Positions 1 to 9,783 of a stretch of 21,909 nucleotides of DNA are shown here, piece by piece. Origin of the DNA: Octopus sinensis (Eukaryota); NCBI RefSeq assembly GCF_006345805.1, contig NW_021823673.1, positions 1 through 21,909 on the forward strand, given 5' to 3'. The position numbers were made by a program, and so were the translations under genes. Under the pieces are notes generated by a model, which saw only the letters and a program-made list of their open reading frames with translations, was not told where the DNA came from and did no database searches. How positions within the stretch are numbered: position 1 is the first letter of the stretch; every line of letters begins with the position of its first letter.

Positions 1-285
1 CTTCCGAGCATTGATACGCTCCTATACATGAACCTATACACCCTGTCTTCGCTTCTAAACTCCCCACAGAGTAATGCATTCCTACCCGATTCCTAATTCT
101 TTTTTTCTTCTTATATTGATTATTCCTCGTTCTTACTTCCCACCGTGCTTTTTCCCTTTCTTCTAGTGAAGGGCTAATGTGCGAAACGTTAAGACTATTT
201 CTCTTGTCAGTAAATCGTTAAGCTAATATTGTATTTGATAAATCTTGTCTCACCACTATTGACTTCTTTGTTTATTGCATTTACA
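1..285 (+). mobile_element. Probable Penelope-like element (PLE) 3' tail fragment
   Basis: Pyrimidine-rich tract leading into a degenerate minimal hammerhead motif (CTAGTGAAGGGC...GCGAAACGTT, 163-190) of the type found in PLE tails. Boundaries are approximate and the family call is inference. Confidence 0.45.
159..194 (+). ncRNA. Degenerate minimal type I hammerhead-like motif
   Basis: Stem I TCTT(159-162)/AAGA(191-194); core CTAGTGA instead of CTGATGA; imperfect stem II GGGC-TAAT-GTGC; GAAA; palindromic stem III ACGT; GUU triplet. Confidence 0.45.
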
Positions 286-360
286 GTACATATGTGTGTT
301 TATTTGTATGCATGTGTATGTGTGAGTCATGTGTCCGTGTACACTCCACCACATATACAC

Positions 361-371
361 ATATACACGCG

Positions 372-416
<45 letters not shown>
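361..416. repeat. (GC)n(CA)n microsatellite
   Basis: Direct reading. Confidence 0.95.
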
Positions 417-419
<3 letters not shown>

Positions 420-561
420 GTTACTACTATACGAATAACAATCTCGAAAACTTTGGTTGAAATCAAGTGCTTAGAAAATTGAAGAGATCGGAAGCGCCTA
501 CACACCGAAATTATCTCCTATCCGGTCTGTGATGATCTGTTTTGTTTCTAAAAAGAATTTA

Positions 562-724
562 GGCACAGGCGTTGCTGTGTGGTAAGAAGCTTGCTTCCCA
601 ACTACACGATTCCGTGTTTAGTCCCACTGAGTGGCATTTTGAGCGAGCGTCTTCTTCTATAGCCTCAGGCCGAATAAAGCCTTGTGAGTGGATTTGGTAG
701 ACGGAAACTGAAAGAAGTCCGTCG

Positions 725-761
<37 letters not shown>

Positions 762-1003
762 TTGTTTGTGTGTGTTTGGTCTCCACTACCACCACCACCG
801 CCATTGCTTGACAGCCGATGTTGGTGTGCTTACATCCCCGTAACTTAGTGGTTCTGCCATAGACAGCGATTGAATAAGCACTTGACTTACAAAGAATAAG
901 TCTTGGTATCGATTTGTTCGACTAAAAGTCTCTTAAGGCGAGATCCAGCAAGGCCGTAGTCAAATGACTGAAATATGTAAAAGAATAAAAGAATAAAAGA
1001 AAA
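562..1003 (+). mobile_element. tRNA-derived SINE, family A (bipartite, internal (TAGA)n), full length
   Basis: Head GGCACAGGCGTTGCTGTGTGGTAAG; core CCTTGTGAGTGGATTTGGTAGACGGAAACTGAAAGAAG; internal (TAGA)n at about 725-760; 3' part ending in (AAAAGAAT)n. Homologous to 7907-8348. Confidence 0.9.
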
Positions 1004-1040
1004 TAGTATTTAATTATTTTAAATTTCAAATATGCGCGCG

Positions 1041-1078
<38 letters not shown>

Positions 1079-1149
1079 TACACACGCAGAGAACTAGCAC
1101 CTATACATGCATGCTTGTGGGTATATGCGTGCATATATTTATTAGCGTA

Positions 1150-1607
1150 GGAAGGCGCGTGGCTTAATGGTTAGGATATTCGGCACTCGATCGTACAATC
1201 GTGAGTTCGATTCCCGGCGGCGCATTGTGTCCTAGATCAAGACACTTTATTTCACATTGCGCCAGTCCACTCAACTGGCAAAAATGTATTGTCCTTGTAC
1301 AGCACAAAAAAATTCAAAGAGCCAGCCTTGTCCCATTCTGTGTCACGCTGAATCTCCCTAAGGGTGCGCGTGTGAATTCGATTACCGGCTCCTGTCCAAT
1401 CAGCTGGCAAAAATGAGTTGTACCTGTATTTCAAAGGGCCAACCTTATCAATTCCGTGTCACGCTGAATCTCCCTGAGATTCAGGGCAAGTTAAGGGCAC
1501 GCGTGTCTGTGGAGTACTCGACAACTTGCACGATAATTTCATGAGCAGGCTGTTCTGTTGATCGAATCAACTTGAACACTCGTCGTCGCAACTGACGGAA
1601 TGCCAGT
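1150..1607 (+). mobile_element. tRNA-derived SINE, family B head with internal partial duplication
   Basis: A box TGGCTTAATGG (1160-1170) and B box GAGTTCGATTCCC (1203-1215); head/core shared with 17307-17561. Possible decayed TSD ATTTATTAGCGTA (1137-1149) / ATTTATCAACGCA (1611-1623), 10/13. Confidence 0.85.
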
Positions 1608-1635
1608 TACATTTATCAACGCATACGTCAGGAAT

Positions 1636-2108
1636 GTAAGAGTGGAGTGGAGTACAGTAATGTAGAGCAGACGAAGGTGAGATGGAGTGGAGTCATCAAT
1701 GTAGAGTTGAGTGCGGTGGAGCAAAGGAATATAAGATGGAGTGGAGTAGAGTAATGTAGGGTAGAGTTGAGGAAGATAAAATGGAGTGGAGTAATATATA
1801 TTTCTTTACTACCCACAAGGGGATAAACATAGAGGGGATAAACAAGGACAGACAAAGGGATTAAGTCGATTACATCGACCCCAGTGCGAAACAGGTACTT
1901 AATTTATCGACCCCGAAAGGATGAAAGGCAAAGTCTACCTCGGCGGAATTTGAACTCAGAACGTAACGTCAGATGAAATACCGCTAAACATTTCGCCCGG
2001 CGCGCTAACGTTTCTGCCAGAGTAATATAGAGTTGAGTCCAGTAATGCAGAGTACAGTAAGGTGGAGTGGAGTAGAGTACAGTAAGGTGGAGTGGAGTAG
2101 TGTAATAT
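1636..2108 (+). repeat. Pentamer-based (GTGGA/GTAGA/GTAAG) satellite block, interrupted by a SINE
   Basis: Same monomers and strand as the 4724-6237 array; split at 1799-2020 by a SINE. Confidence 0.9.
1799..2020 (-). mobile_element. tRNA-derived SINE, family C, slightly 5'-truncated, with TSD
   Basis: Minus strand CTGGCAGAAACGTTAGC...GAGTTCAAATTCCGCCGAGG...GGGTAGTAAAGAAATA; perfect 9-bp TSD AGTAATATA at 1790-1798 and 2021-2029. Confidence 0.92.
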
Positions 2109-2314
2109 ACGTCAGTATGTTCACGCTCATGTTTAGGTATGTTTGTATAGTTGTGCACCACACGTATGTTTGTAAACGCAATTCTCATTTTAACGAAATT
2201 GTATATGCTTGTGTATGAGTAAAATTTCGTGTGTATGCGTAGGAGGCTGTATTTATGTATGTGTGCATCACACGGCATTATATATATGTGTGGTACTCTG
2301 ACTGAACCGCACCT

Positions 2315-2473
2315 ATACCACCACCACCACCACTCCGCTCACCCACTCCCACTCGCACATTAAGCTCCTGCCGTTTATCGTTCGATTTCACCTGTCATTC
2401 AATTCGCAACAACTTAAGCGGCCTGTCAAGATACTGGTCGTAGCGTCTACCGTCCACTATCGTAATACTACTG

Positions 2474-2512
<39 letters not shown>

Positions 2513-2944
2513 ACTACAGCCGCTATCATACTCCACAAATCACTACAGCCGCCGCCACCGCCGCTACCACCATCACCACCACCACCACCACACCACCACC
2601 GCCACTACTACTACTACTACTACAGCCGCTATCATATTCCACAAATCACTACAGCCGCCGCCACCGCCGCTACCACCATCACCACCACCACCACCACCAC
2701 CGCCACTACTACTATACTACTACTACAGCCGCTATCATACTCCACAAATCATTACAGCCGCTACCACCGCCACTACCATCATCACCACCACCACCACCAC
2801 CACCACCACCACCACCACTACTACTACTGTTTGTACTACTAGCTGCCATCCTCCACAAACCCCCACAGCATCAGCAACCACCACCACCATCACCACCATC
2901 AGCACCATCACCACCACCAGCACTACTACTACTACTACTACTAT

Positions 2945-2977
<33 letters not shown>

Positions 2978-3790
2978 CTCCACAGTCGCCACTACCACCG
3001 ATGGCTACTGCAACATTACAATTGAAACCACCACTAATACTTACGTTATCACCACCACCACTACTACCACCGCCACTACTACTCCCGCTGCTGCTGCTGC
3101 TGCTGCTACTACTACTACTATTACCACTACTTCTGCTGCTACACATTTTGTCATCTTCTCCACCACTAACTCTACTACCGCCTTAACAATCCCTGGTCTT
3201 TATTCACCATACAACACGAAGTAATACCATTATTGCCATAAATCATCCTCACTACCACAGCCACCACCACCACATCCACCACCACCACCACTGCCGCTGC
3301 CACCATTCTACAACAACATCAACAACAACAAAAACCATTACAGCTACTACTACAGCACCAACATCAACAACAACAATCACAATAGCTACAACCACTATCA
3401 TGGATACCACCAGTTCCTCAATTATCACTTCTACTATGACAACGACGACGACAACGATAAGGAAGACGAAGGCGGTGAGGTTAACCATCACCACCTCTAC
3501 CCCCATCAGCACTACCGCAACCAACACCATCACCACCCCCACTAGCAACAAGAACAACTACGACCTCGCCGCCAACACCGGCATAACCTGCATACTACCT
3601 TAACCACTAAACCAGTATCATACAGTACGATTATCACCACCACCACCGCCACCACCACCACCGCCGCCACCACCACTGCCACCACCACCACCGCCACCAC
3701 CACCACGAACTACATTACCATCAACGCTTGTACCACTACCATCGCAACCACCCGTACAACTCCTTAACTTGACCACTGCCACCGCCATCT
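2315..3790. repeat. Compound trinucleotide low-complexity region (ACC/ACT/GCT/ACA/GCC)n
   Basis: Direct reading. The poly-V/S/G/L/T ORFs here are its translation. Confidence 0.92.
2495..2800 (+). repeat. Three-copy ~104-bp tandem repeat inside the trinucleotide region
   Basis: TACAGCCGCTATCATA(C/T)TCCACAAATCA recurs at 2515, 2621 and 2724. Confidence 0.85.
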
Positions 3791-3815
3791 TCATCAAAAC
3801 TGTTTTAATCCCATC

Positions 3816-4204
3816 TTGTTGTTGTTGGCATCCTTTTGTCTTGGGAGACAATGGAGTTGTGCATACACTTATCCAGTTTGGTTTTTACATTTCATATTCT
3901 CTCCAGTTTTGCGCAGGCCTGGGCGAGATGTAAGAAAATCCTGGGTATCCCAATCGTCAGGATTCCTCTCTCGACCTTGCTGACGTAGTCCAAAGAAGTG
4001 CAGGGCATTACGTTTGGCGCCAGCTTGGTTGCAGGAGCTGCCAGAAGAGTGTCGAGTCGAACACTAAACCGCCTACGGGGCTCCACTCCGGATTTCTTTG
4101 AAGGTTGTCTCCTTCCCGTAACCCTGGATAGGGGCCCATACCGGGTACTGTCAGCCGAAGCCAGCTGAGCCCGGGACTCGTGTCAGGCAGGGTCGTCACT
4201 CCCT
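3816..4204 (-). mobile_element. Short non-autonomous RTE-like retroelement (5'-UTR-like part joined to 3' end with (CAA)n tail)
   Basis: GC-rich island. Minus strand ends CCATTGTCTCCCAAGACAAAAGGATGCC(AAC)n, which I recall as an RTE-clade 3' terminus; the upstream part (AATCCGGAGTGGAGCCCC...GCAGCTCCTGCAAC...GGACTACGTCAGC) resembles RTE 5' UTRs. No EN/RT ORF and no TSD seen. Confidence 0.55.
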
Positions 4205-4289
4205 AAAGTAGTGAAGAAAATCGCTACCCACTACCTAAATCCAACCACCACCCCAATATCACAGTACCACCACAACGAAGTGCAACGCA

Positions 4290-4615
4290 CTGAGGTACTG
4301 AAGGCATGTCTGGGTATGTCTTGAAGGGATTGCGTTGTTGTAATATCCTGGAGTGTCGAAAATGTATCAGGGTAGTTGGGAGTTATATCCTTGTACGGAT
4401 GGTTGGGAATTGCACTCTTGTAACAATGGTGTTCTAGCCATGTAATCACCTGGGTATCTGAAAATTATAGTATTGTATGGATGGTGTAGTAGTAATGTAC
4501 ACAGGGTACTGAAGACGTACCTGGGTACTTGAGAATTATAGTCGTGTAAGAATGGTGTTGCTATAGTGTGCTGGGGTTACAGAAGGCGTATCTGGGTAGT
4601 TGGGAGTTATTGTAC
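4290..4615 (+). repeat. Degenerate ~71-bp minisatellite (4-5 copies)
   Basis: C(T/A)GGGTA anchor at 4310, 4368, 4450, 4521 and 4592, with recurring GTACTGAAG and GGGAGTTAT/GAAAATTAT motifs. Confidence 0.65.
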
Positions 4616-4723
4616 ATACACTCATAGTGGTACATCATTAAACTACCCGCTTCTCATTAGATCTTTCATATTTAGCAATTTGTTTCGATGCGCAGGTATT
4701 CTACGGAAGAGATGAGGCGATGC

Positions 4724-6237
4724 GGATAGAGTTGAATGTGAGTACAGCGAGCTAAATTGGAGTGAAGTGTAGCATTGAGGAGTAACCAAGAGAAATGTGG
4801 AGATGAGTGCAGTCGAGTACGATAAAGTGGGATAGAATTGAGTGTAGAAGAGTAATGAATAGTTAAAAGCAATTAAATAGAGAGGAGCGGAGAAAGTGGA
4901 GTAGAATAATGTAGAGTTGAGTGCGGTAGAGTAGAGGAAGGTTACGTGGAATGGAGAAAGTAGAGTAAAGTGGAGATGAAAGTGGTAGAGTACACTAAAG
5001 TGGAGTGGAGAAAGTGGAGTTGAGTGTGGTGGAGTGCAAAAATGTCAAATTGAGTTATGTGGAGTTGAGTACGGTAAAGTACAATAAAGTAAATCGTATG
5101 GGAAAGTGGAGAATAGTAAATAGAGTTGAGTGCAGTAGAGTAGAGAAAGGTAAGATGAAGTGGAGTAGAGTAATGCATAATTGAGCGCGGTAGAGTAGAA
5201 TAAGGTAAAGTGGAGTTGAGTGCAGTAGAACAAAGGTATGTGAGATGGAGTGGAGTAGAGTGACGTAGAGTTGAGTGCGGTAGAGCAGAGGAAGGTAAGA
5301 TAAAGTGGAGTAATGTAGAGATGAGGGCAGTAGAGTAGAGTACAGTAAGGTGGAGGAGTGTACAGCAATGTAGAGTTGAGTGCGGTAGAACAAAGGAATG
5401 TAAGATGGAGTGGAGTAGAGTAATGTAAAGTTTGAGTGCAGGGGAGTAGAGAAGGTAAGATGGAGTAGAGTAATGTAGACTTGAGTGTAGTAGAGTACAG
5501 TAAGGTGGAGTGAAGCAGAATACAGTAAGGTGGAGTGGAGTAGAGTACAGTAAGGTGGAGTGGAGCAGAATACAGTAAGATGGAATGGAGTAGAGTACTT
5601 TTAGGATGGAGTGGAGCAGAATACAGTAAGGTGAGTTGAGTAGAGTAGAGTACAGTAAGGTGGAGTGGAGCAGAATACAGTAAGAGGGAGTGGAGTAGAG
5701 TACAGTAAGGTGGAGTGGAGCAGAATACAGTAAGGTGGAGTGGAGTAGAGTACAGTAAGGTGGAGTGAAGCAGAATACAGTAAGGTGGAGGGGAGTAGAG
5801 TACAGTAAGGTGGAGTGGAGCAGAATACAGTAAGGTAGAGTGGAGTAGAGTACAGTAAGGTGGAGTGGAGAAGAATACAGTAAGGTGGAGTGGAGTAGAG
5901 TACAGTAAGGTGGAGTGGACCAGAATACAGTAAGGTGGAGTAGAGTACAGTAAGGTGGAGTGGAACAGAATACAGTAAGATGGAGTGGAGTAGAGTACAG
6001 TGAGCTGGAGTGGAGTAGAGTACAGTATGGTTGAGTGGAGTAGAGCAATGTAGAGTTGAGTGCTGTAGTGTAGAGGAAGATAAGGTGGAGTGGAGTAGAG
6101 TATAGTATGGTTGAGTGGAGTAGAGCAATGTAGAGTTGAGTGCTGTAGTATAGATGAAGATAAGGTGGAGTAGAGTGGAGTAGTGTGATATAGAGTTGAG
6201 TGCCAAATGAGGAGAGCAGAGTGCAACGGAGTGGAAT
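4724..6237 (+). repeat. Pentamer-based satellite with higher-order structure
   Basis: Purine-rich plus strand of GTGGA/GTAGA/GTACA/GTAAG/GTTGA monomers; ~50-55-bp units on the left, alternating 25-mers (50-bp HOR) at about 5490-6000, and an 80-bp duplication at about 6010-6170. Confidence 0.95.
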
Positions 6238-6350
6238 GAAAGAGCTTCAGTAAGATGAAAGTGAATTCTTAATTATGAAATGACAACTGATATGAAGATG
6301 AAAGACAGAGACAAATAATGAAATAATTAGAGAGTAAAATCAATGTTTGC

Positions 6351-6412
6351 AGAAAGGTAGAATAAATATTATAATTAATGTAGAAAGGTAGAATAAATAT
6401 TATAATTAATGT
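6351..6412 (+). repeat. Perfect 31-bp tandem duplication
   Basis: AGAAAGGTAGAATAAATATTATAATTAATGT at 6351-6381 and 6382-6412. Confidence 0.95.
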
Positions 6413-6585
6413 ATAAAGTAATCTGTTGAATCGCAAGTAGTTTAACTAATTATCATAATGGATGGATAACAACGAAGAGCGAGAAGAAAACGTAGGATGT
6501 CTACGCTATTGTTTTGGTTGCGTTATTGGTAGACGCCTTTCAACATAACATCACATGTGCGCGTCTGTATGTAACATGTGTGCAT

Positions 6586-6727
6586 AACACACACACACAC
6601 ACACACACATACACACACAAATACATATATATATATATAAACACATACACATGTAAATATATATACATACACACAATCACACATATCTAAACACACAAAC
6701 ACATACATATGCATATATATATATATA

Positions 6728-6762
<35 letters not shown>

Positions 6763-6816
6763 TATACAGGCACATACCCACGCGCATATAAATACGTACA
6801 CAACACACACGCATGC

Positions 6817-6874
<58 letters not shown>

Positions 6875-7030
6875 TATACAATCACACATATAAACATACA
6901 AACATACATGTAGATATATGTATGCATATAGATGCATATATATATATGCACACACATACCCACACACATATACATACATATACATATGAATACACAGACA
7001 CACACGTCTCTCTCTGTGTACACACGCACG

Positions 7031-7096
<66 letters not shown>
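6586..7096. repeat. Compound (CA)n/(TA)n/(TG)n microsatellite region
   Basis: Direct reading. Confidence 0.95.
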
Positions 7097-7097
<1 letters not shown>

Positions 7098-7480
7098 CTC
7101 TATATATAAACGGCAGTTTGTCTGTGCGTTTTCTGTGTGTCTGTTTTCTCGTACCCTCACCCTGACCACGGCTTTCAACCGATTCTGATGAAACTTGACA
7201 CACACATAGCCCAATGTCATAATTCAAAACTAACGCAGCGAAAATTTTGAAAAGTTCCCCCAGTTCTGAAAAAAATCGATAAATTCGACATGGGGTCGAG
7301 AATAAAAAAAAACAAACCACAGACTGTCTAGGGAACGCAACTCAACCTTTTTTTACTCTCAAAAAAAAATTTACCATAATTTTTTTCCCATTTTTTTGCT
7401 ATTTTTTGGCTATAACTCTCTAAAAATGCTTTATAGTTATTTCCCTTACAAACCTGAGCAACGCCGGGCGATACTGCTAG
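7097..7480 (+). mobile_element. Non-autonomous Helitron
   Basis: A|TC 5' end (TCTCTATATATAAA), CTAG|T 3' end (7477-7480), subterminal GC hairpin CCTGAGCAACGCCGGG (7453-7468), no TSD. The 5' boundary could be 7099 instead. Confidence 0.85.
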
Positions 7481-7906
7481 TATATATATATATATATATG
7501 TACACCTACAGATATCAGATGTATACACCCGCCCACCCAACTTATAGATTAGTTCTAGATTAGTTCGACAAAACAGCTCGCTATTTACAAATTAAATTAA
7601 TATTGTCTATGACGTCACCTCTGTTTATTACATTCTTTTCAATTTTTTTTTTCATTAATTTGTCTGTCAGACGTTGTCGAATTGGTTGGTACCTACCGTT
7701 TCTAATGGAGCCTCACATCGACTCAATCACACAAGCAGAGTACGTGTGCACGCGTATATACAGGCGAACATGGATATATCCTCGCACATATGTACAAACA
7801 CACAGGTGATGGTGCAACGGTGGGATAGTTAAATTTACCGTTTGTATATCCACTACGGAGGTTTGCATATAAATCCTACCTTGATACTGGCTGTGTGGTA
7901 ATTATA

Positions 7907-8348
7907 GGCGCAGGAGTGGCTGTGTGGTAAGTAGCTTGCTTACCAACCACATGGTTCCGGGTTCAGTCCAAATGCGTGGTACCTTGGGCAAGTGTCTTCT
8001 ACTATAGCCTCGAGCCGACCAAAGCCTTGTGAGTGGATTTGGTAGACGGAAACTGAAAGAAGCCCATCATATATATGAATATATATATATATATTATATA
8101 TATATATATATGCGTGTGTGTGTGTGTGTGTGTATGTTTGTGTATCTGTGTTTGTCCCCTCAACATCGCTTGACAACCGATGCTGGTGTGTTTACGTCCC
8201 CGTAACTTAGCGGTTCGGTAAAAGAGACCGATAGAATAAGTACTAGGCTTACAAAGAATAAGTCCTGGGGTCGATTTGGTCGACTAAGGGCGGTGCCGCA
8301 GCGTGGCCACAGTCAAATGACTGAAACAAGTAAAAGAGTAAAAGAGTA
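7907..8348 (+). mobile_element. tRNA-derived SINE, family A, full length
   Basis: GGCGCAGGAGTGGCTGTGTGGTAAG head, GGGTTCAGTCC B-box-like motif, shared core, internal (TA)n/(TG)n, tail (AAAAGAGT)2. Confidence 0.92.
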
Positions 8349-8374
8349 CATGTACATTCACACACGCTTTCTTA

Positions 8375-8583
8375 TTTGTCCCCCACCGCCGCTTGAAGAC
8401 CGGTGTTTGTGTCTTTACATCCCCGTAAGCTAGCGGTTCAGCAAAATATGTGATAGGGTGAATGAGTATCAGGCTTTAAAAGAAAATAAGCACTGGAGCC
8501 GATCAGTTCGACTAAAAATTCCTCAAGGCGATGCCCCAGCATGGCCGCAGTCCAATGACTGAAACCAGTAGAATATAAAAGAG
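8375..8583 (+). mobile_element. SINE family A, 3' half only, older copy
   Basis: Aligns to 8150-8345 (TTTGTCCCC...CCCCGTAA...CAGCATGGCCGCAGTCCAATGACTGAAAC). Confidence 0.85.
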
Positions 8584-8589
8584 AAAAAA

Positions 8590-8660
8590 TATACATATAT
8601 ATATGCTTCTCAACCTCATGGTTCTACATATATATGTATATGTGTGTTGTTTTTATATAT

Positions 8661-8694
<34 letters not shown>

Positions 8695-8955
8695 ATATAA
8701 TATATTATATATAAACATATATATACATATATTATATATATAGTGTGTGGTGTATGTGTGTTGTATGTATATATGTATGTATGTAATTATGTATGTATGT
8801 ATGTGTGTAGAACCATGTTTTTAAGAAAACAGTTACGTACATATATGTATGTGTAAGTGTGTGTAAGTGTTTGTGTGTGTGTATGAGAGAGAGAGAGAGA
8901 GAGAGAGAGTGAGAGAGAGAGCGTGCGTGCGTGTGCGTGTGTGTCTGTGCATGTG
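8590..8955. repeat. Compound (TA)n/(TATG)n/(GA)n/(TG)n microsatellite region
   Basis: Direct reading. Confidence 0.9.
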
Positions 8956-8963
8956 CGACTTAG

Positions 8964-9143
8964 AAGATGGTGAGCTGGCAGAATCGTCTATCCTTACGTT
9001 TCTCAAATTCCGCCAAGGCCTACTTTGCCCTTTCATCCCTTTCGGGGGCCGATAAAATGAATACCAGTTAATCCCTGGGGGTCAATGTAATCGACTTATC
9101 CCCTCCTCCGAACTTGCGGGAGTTGTGCCAAAATTTGAAACTA
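8964..9143 (+). mobile_element. SINE family C, internally deleted head, tail type 2
   Basis: GGTGAGCTGGCAGAATCGT, then a deletion, CAAATTCCGCCAAGG...TTTCATCCCTTTCGGGG...TTGTGCCAAAATTTGAAAC. Confidence 0.85.
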
Positions 9144-9345
9144 GTATAGAGAAGTCAGAGCACGTAGTCAAAGAGTAATGCGGAAGATGTAATTTCATAT
9201 GCGCGCAAACGTACAAACAAAAGCATGTAGTGGCAACGCATTTTTTTCTTCTTTTTCTTGTTTTATATGTTATTCTTTTTTTTATGTGGTAGACTCACAT
9301 CTGGGAAGTAAATGGAGAAGGTTTATTCTAAAATGCAGAAATATA

Positions 9346-9556
9346 TTAAATATGTGACCGCGTGTGTATCGTCGGCGATTTTCTTCCTCTATCTTCCCTT
9401 CATTGGACCTTTCCATTGTCTATGTTTCTGACGAAGAGCTCCGCTCGAAACGTTAAATCTTCCTTCTTTCTTTCCTGAGCGTCAAATAACACTATACTTG
9501 TTCCACGTTCTCGCGTTGTTTTTGTTTTCTCTTTGTGTTTTCATATTTGGGTTAAC
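9346..9556 (+). mobile_element. PLE-like hammerhead-bearing tail ending at a (TA)n tract
   Basis: Pyrimidine-rich flanks around a minimal hammerhead motif; a related sequence lies at 10357-10440. Left boundary approximate. Confidence 0.55.
9424..9458 (+). ncRNA. Minimal type I hammerhead ribozyme motif (PLE type)
   Basis: GTTT / CTGACGA / A / GAGC-TCC-GCTC / GAAA-CGT / T / AAAT: intact core, 4-bp stem II, palindromic ACGT stem III, GUU cleavage triplet, stem I of 3 bp plus a wobble. Confidence 0.7.
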
Positions 9557-9581
9557 TATATATATATATATAATATATTAT

Positions 9582-9630
<49 letters not shown>
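9557..9630. repeat. (TA)n microsatellite
   Basis: Direct reading. Confidence 0.95.
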
Positions 9631-9783
9631 CAAATGGAACAAGAACGCAAGACATCCAGACAACCAGGTGATACAAAAAGGGACAACAAAACATCCAGAT
9701 AGACGATACAAAGAAAACAAGGACGGAAAAAACGGACTATGTTACACAAATATAAATACAATAAAACTAATAACAGGACATAT

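Noticed and set aside
485-494. AGATCGGAAG resembling an Illumina adapter start
   Set aside because: Only 10 nt match before it diverges; compatible with chance.
1150-1220. tRNA genes at the SINE heads
   Set aside because: A/B boxes are present but no complete cloverleaf, and each continues into a SINE body.
2735-3851. Poly-Val/Ser/Gly/Leu and Thr-rich mucin-like ORFs
   Set aside because: They follow trinucleotide repeats on both strands, with no splice or domain support.
3935-3962. CTGACGA followed by a TGGG/CCCA hairpin on the minus strand
   Set aside because: No GAAA or stem III follows.
5490-6000. CRISPR-like regular spacing
   Set aside because: No unique spacers; a plain tandem repeat in a eukaryotic context.
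4942-6226. Long minus-strand ORFs (368, 393, 201 aa)
   Set aside because: They are translations of the pentamer satellite; several frames are open only because the C/T-rich strand seldom forms stops.
7185-7194. CTGATGAAAC as a hammerhead core
   Set aside because: No stem II between CTGATGA and GAAA; it lies inside the Helitron body.
6523-7320. CVCV/YIYI/HTHT ORFs here and at 12-16 kb and 19-21 kb
   Set aside because: Dinucleotide and tetranucleotide microsatellite artefacts.
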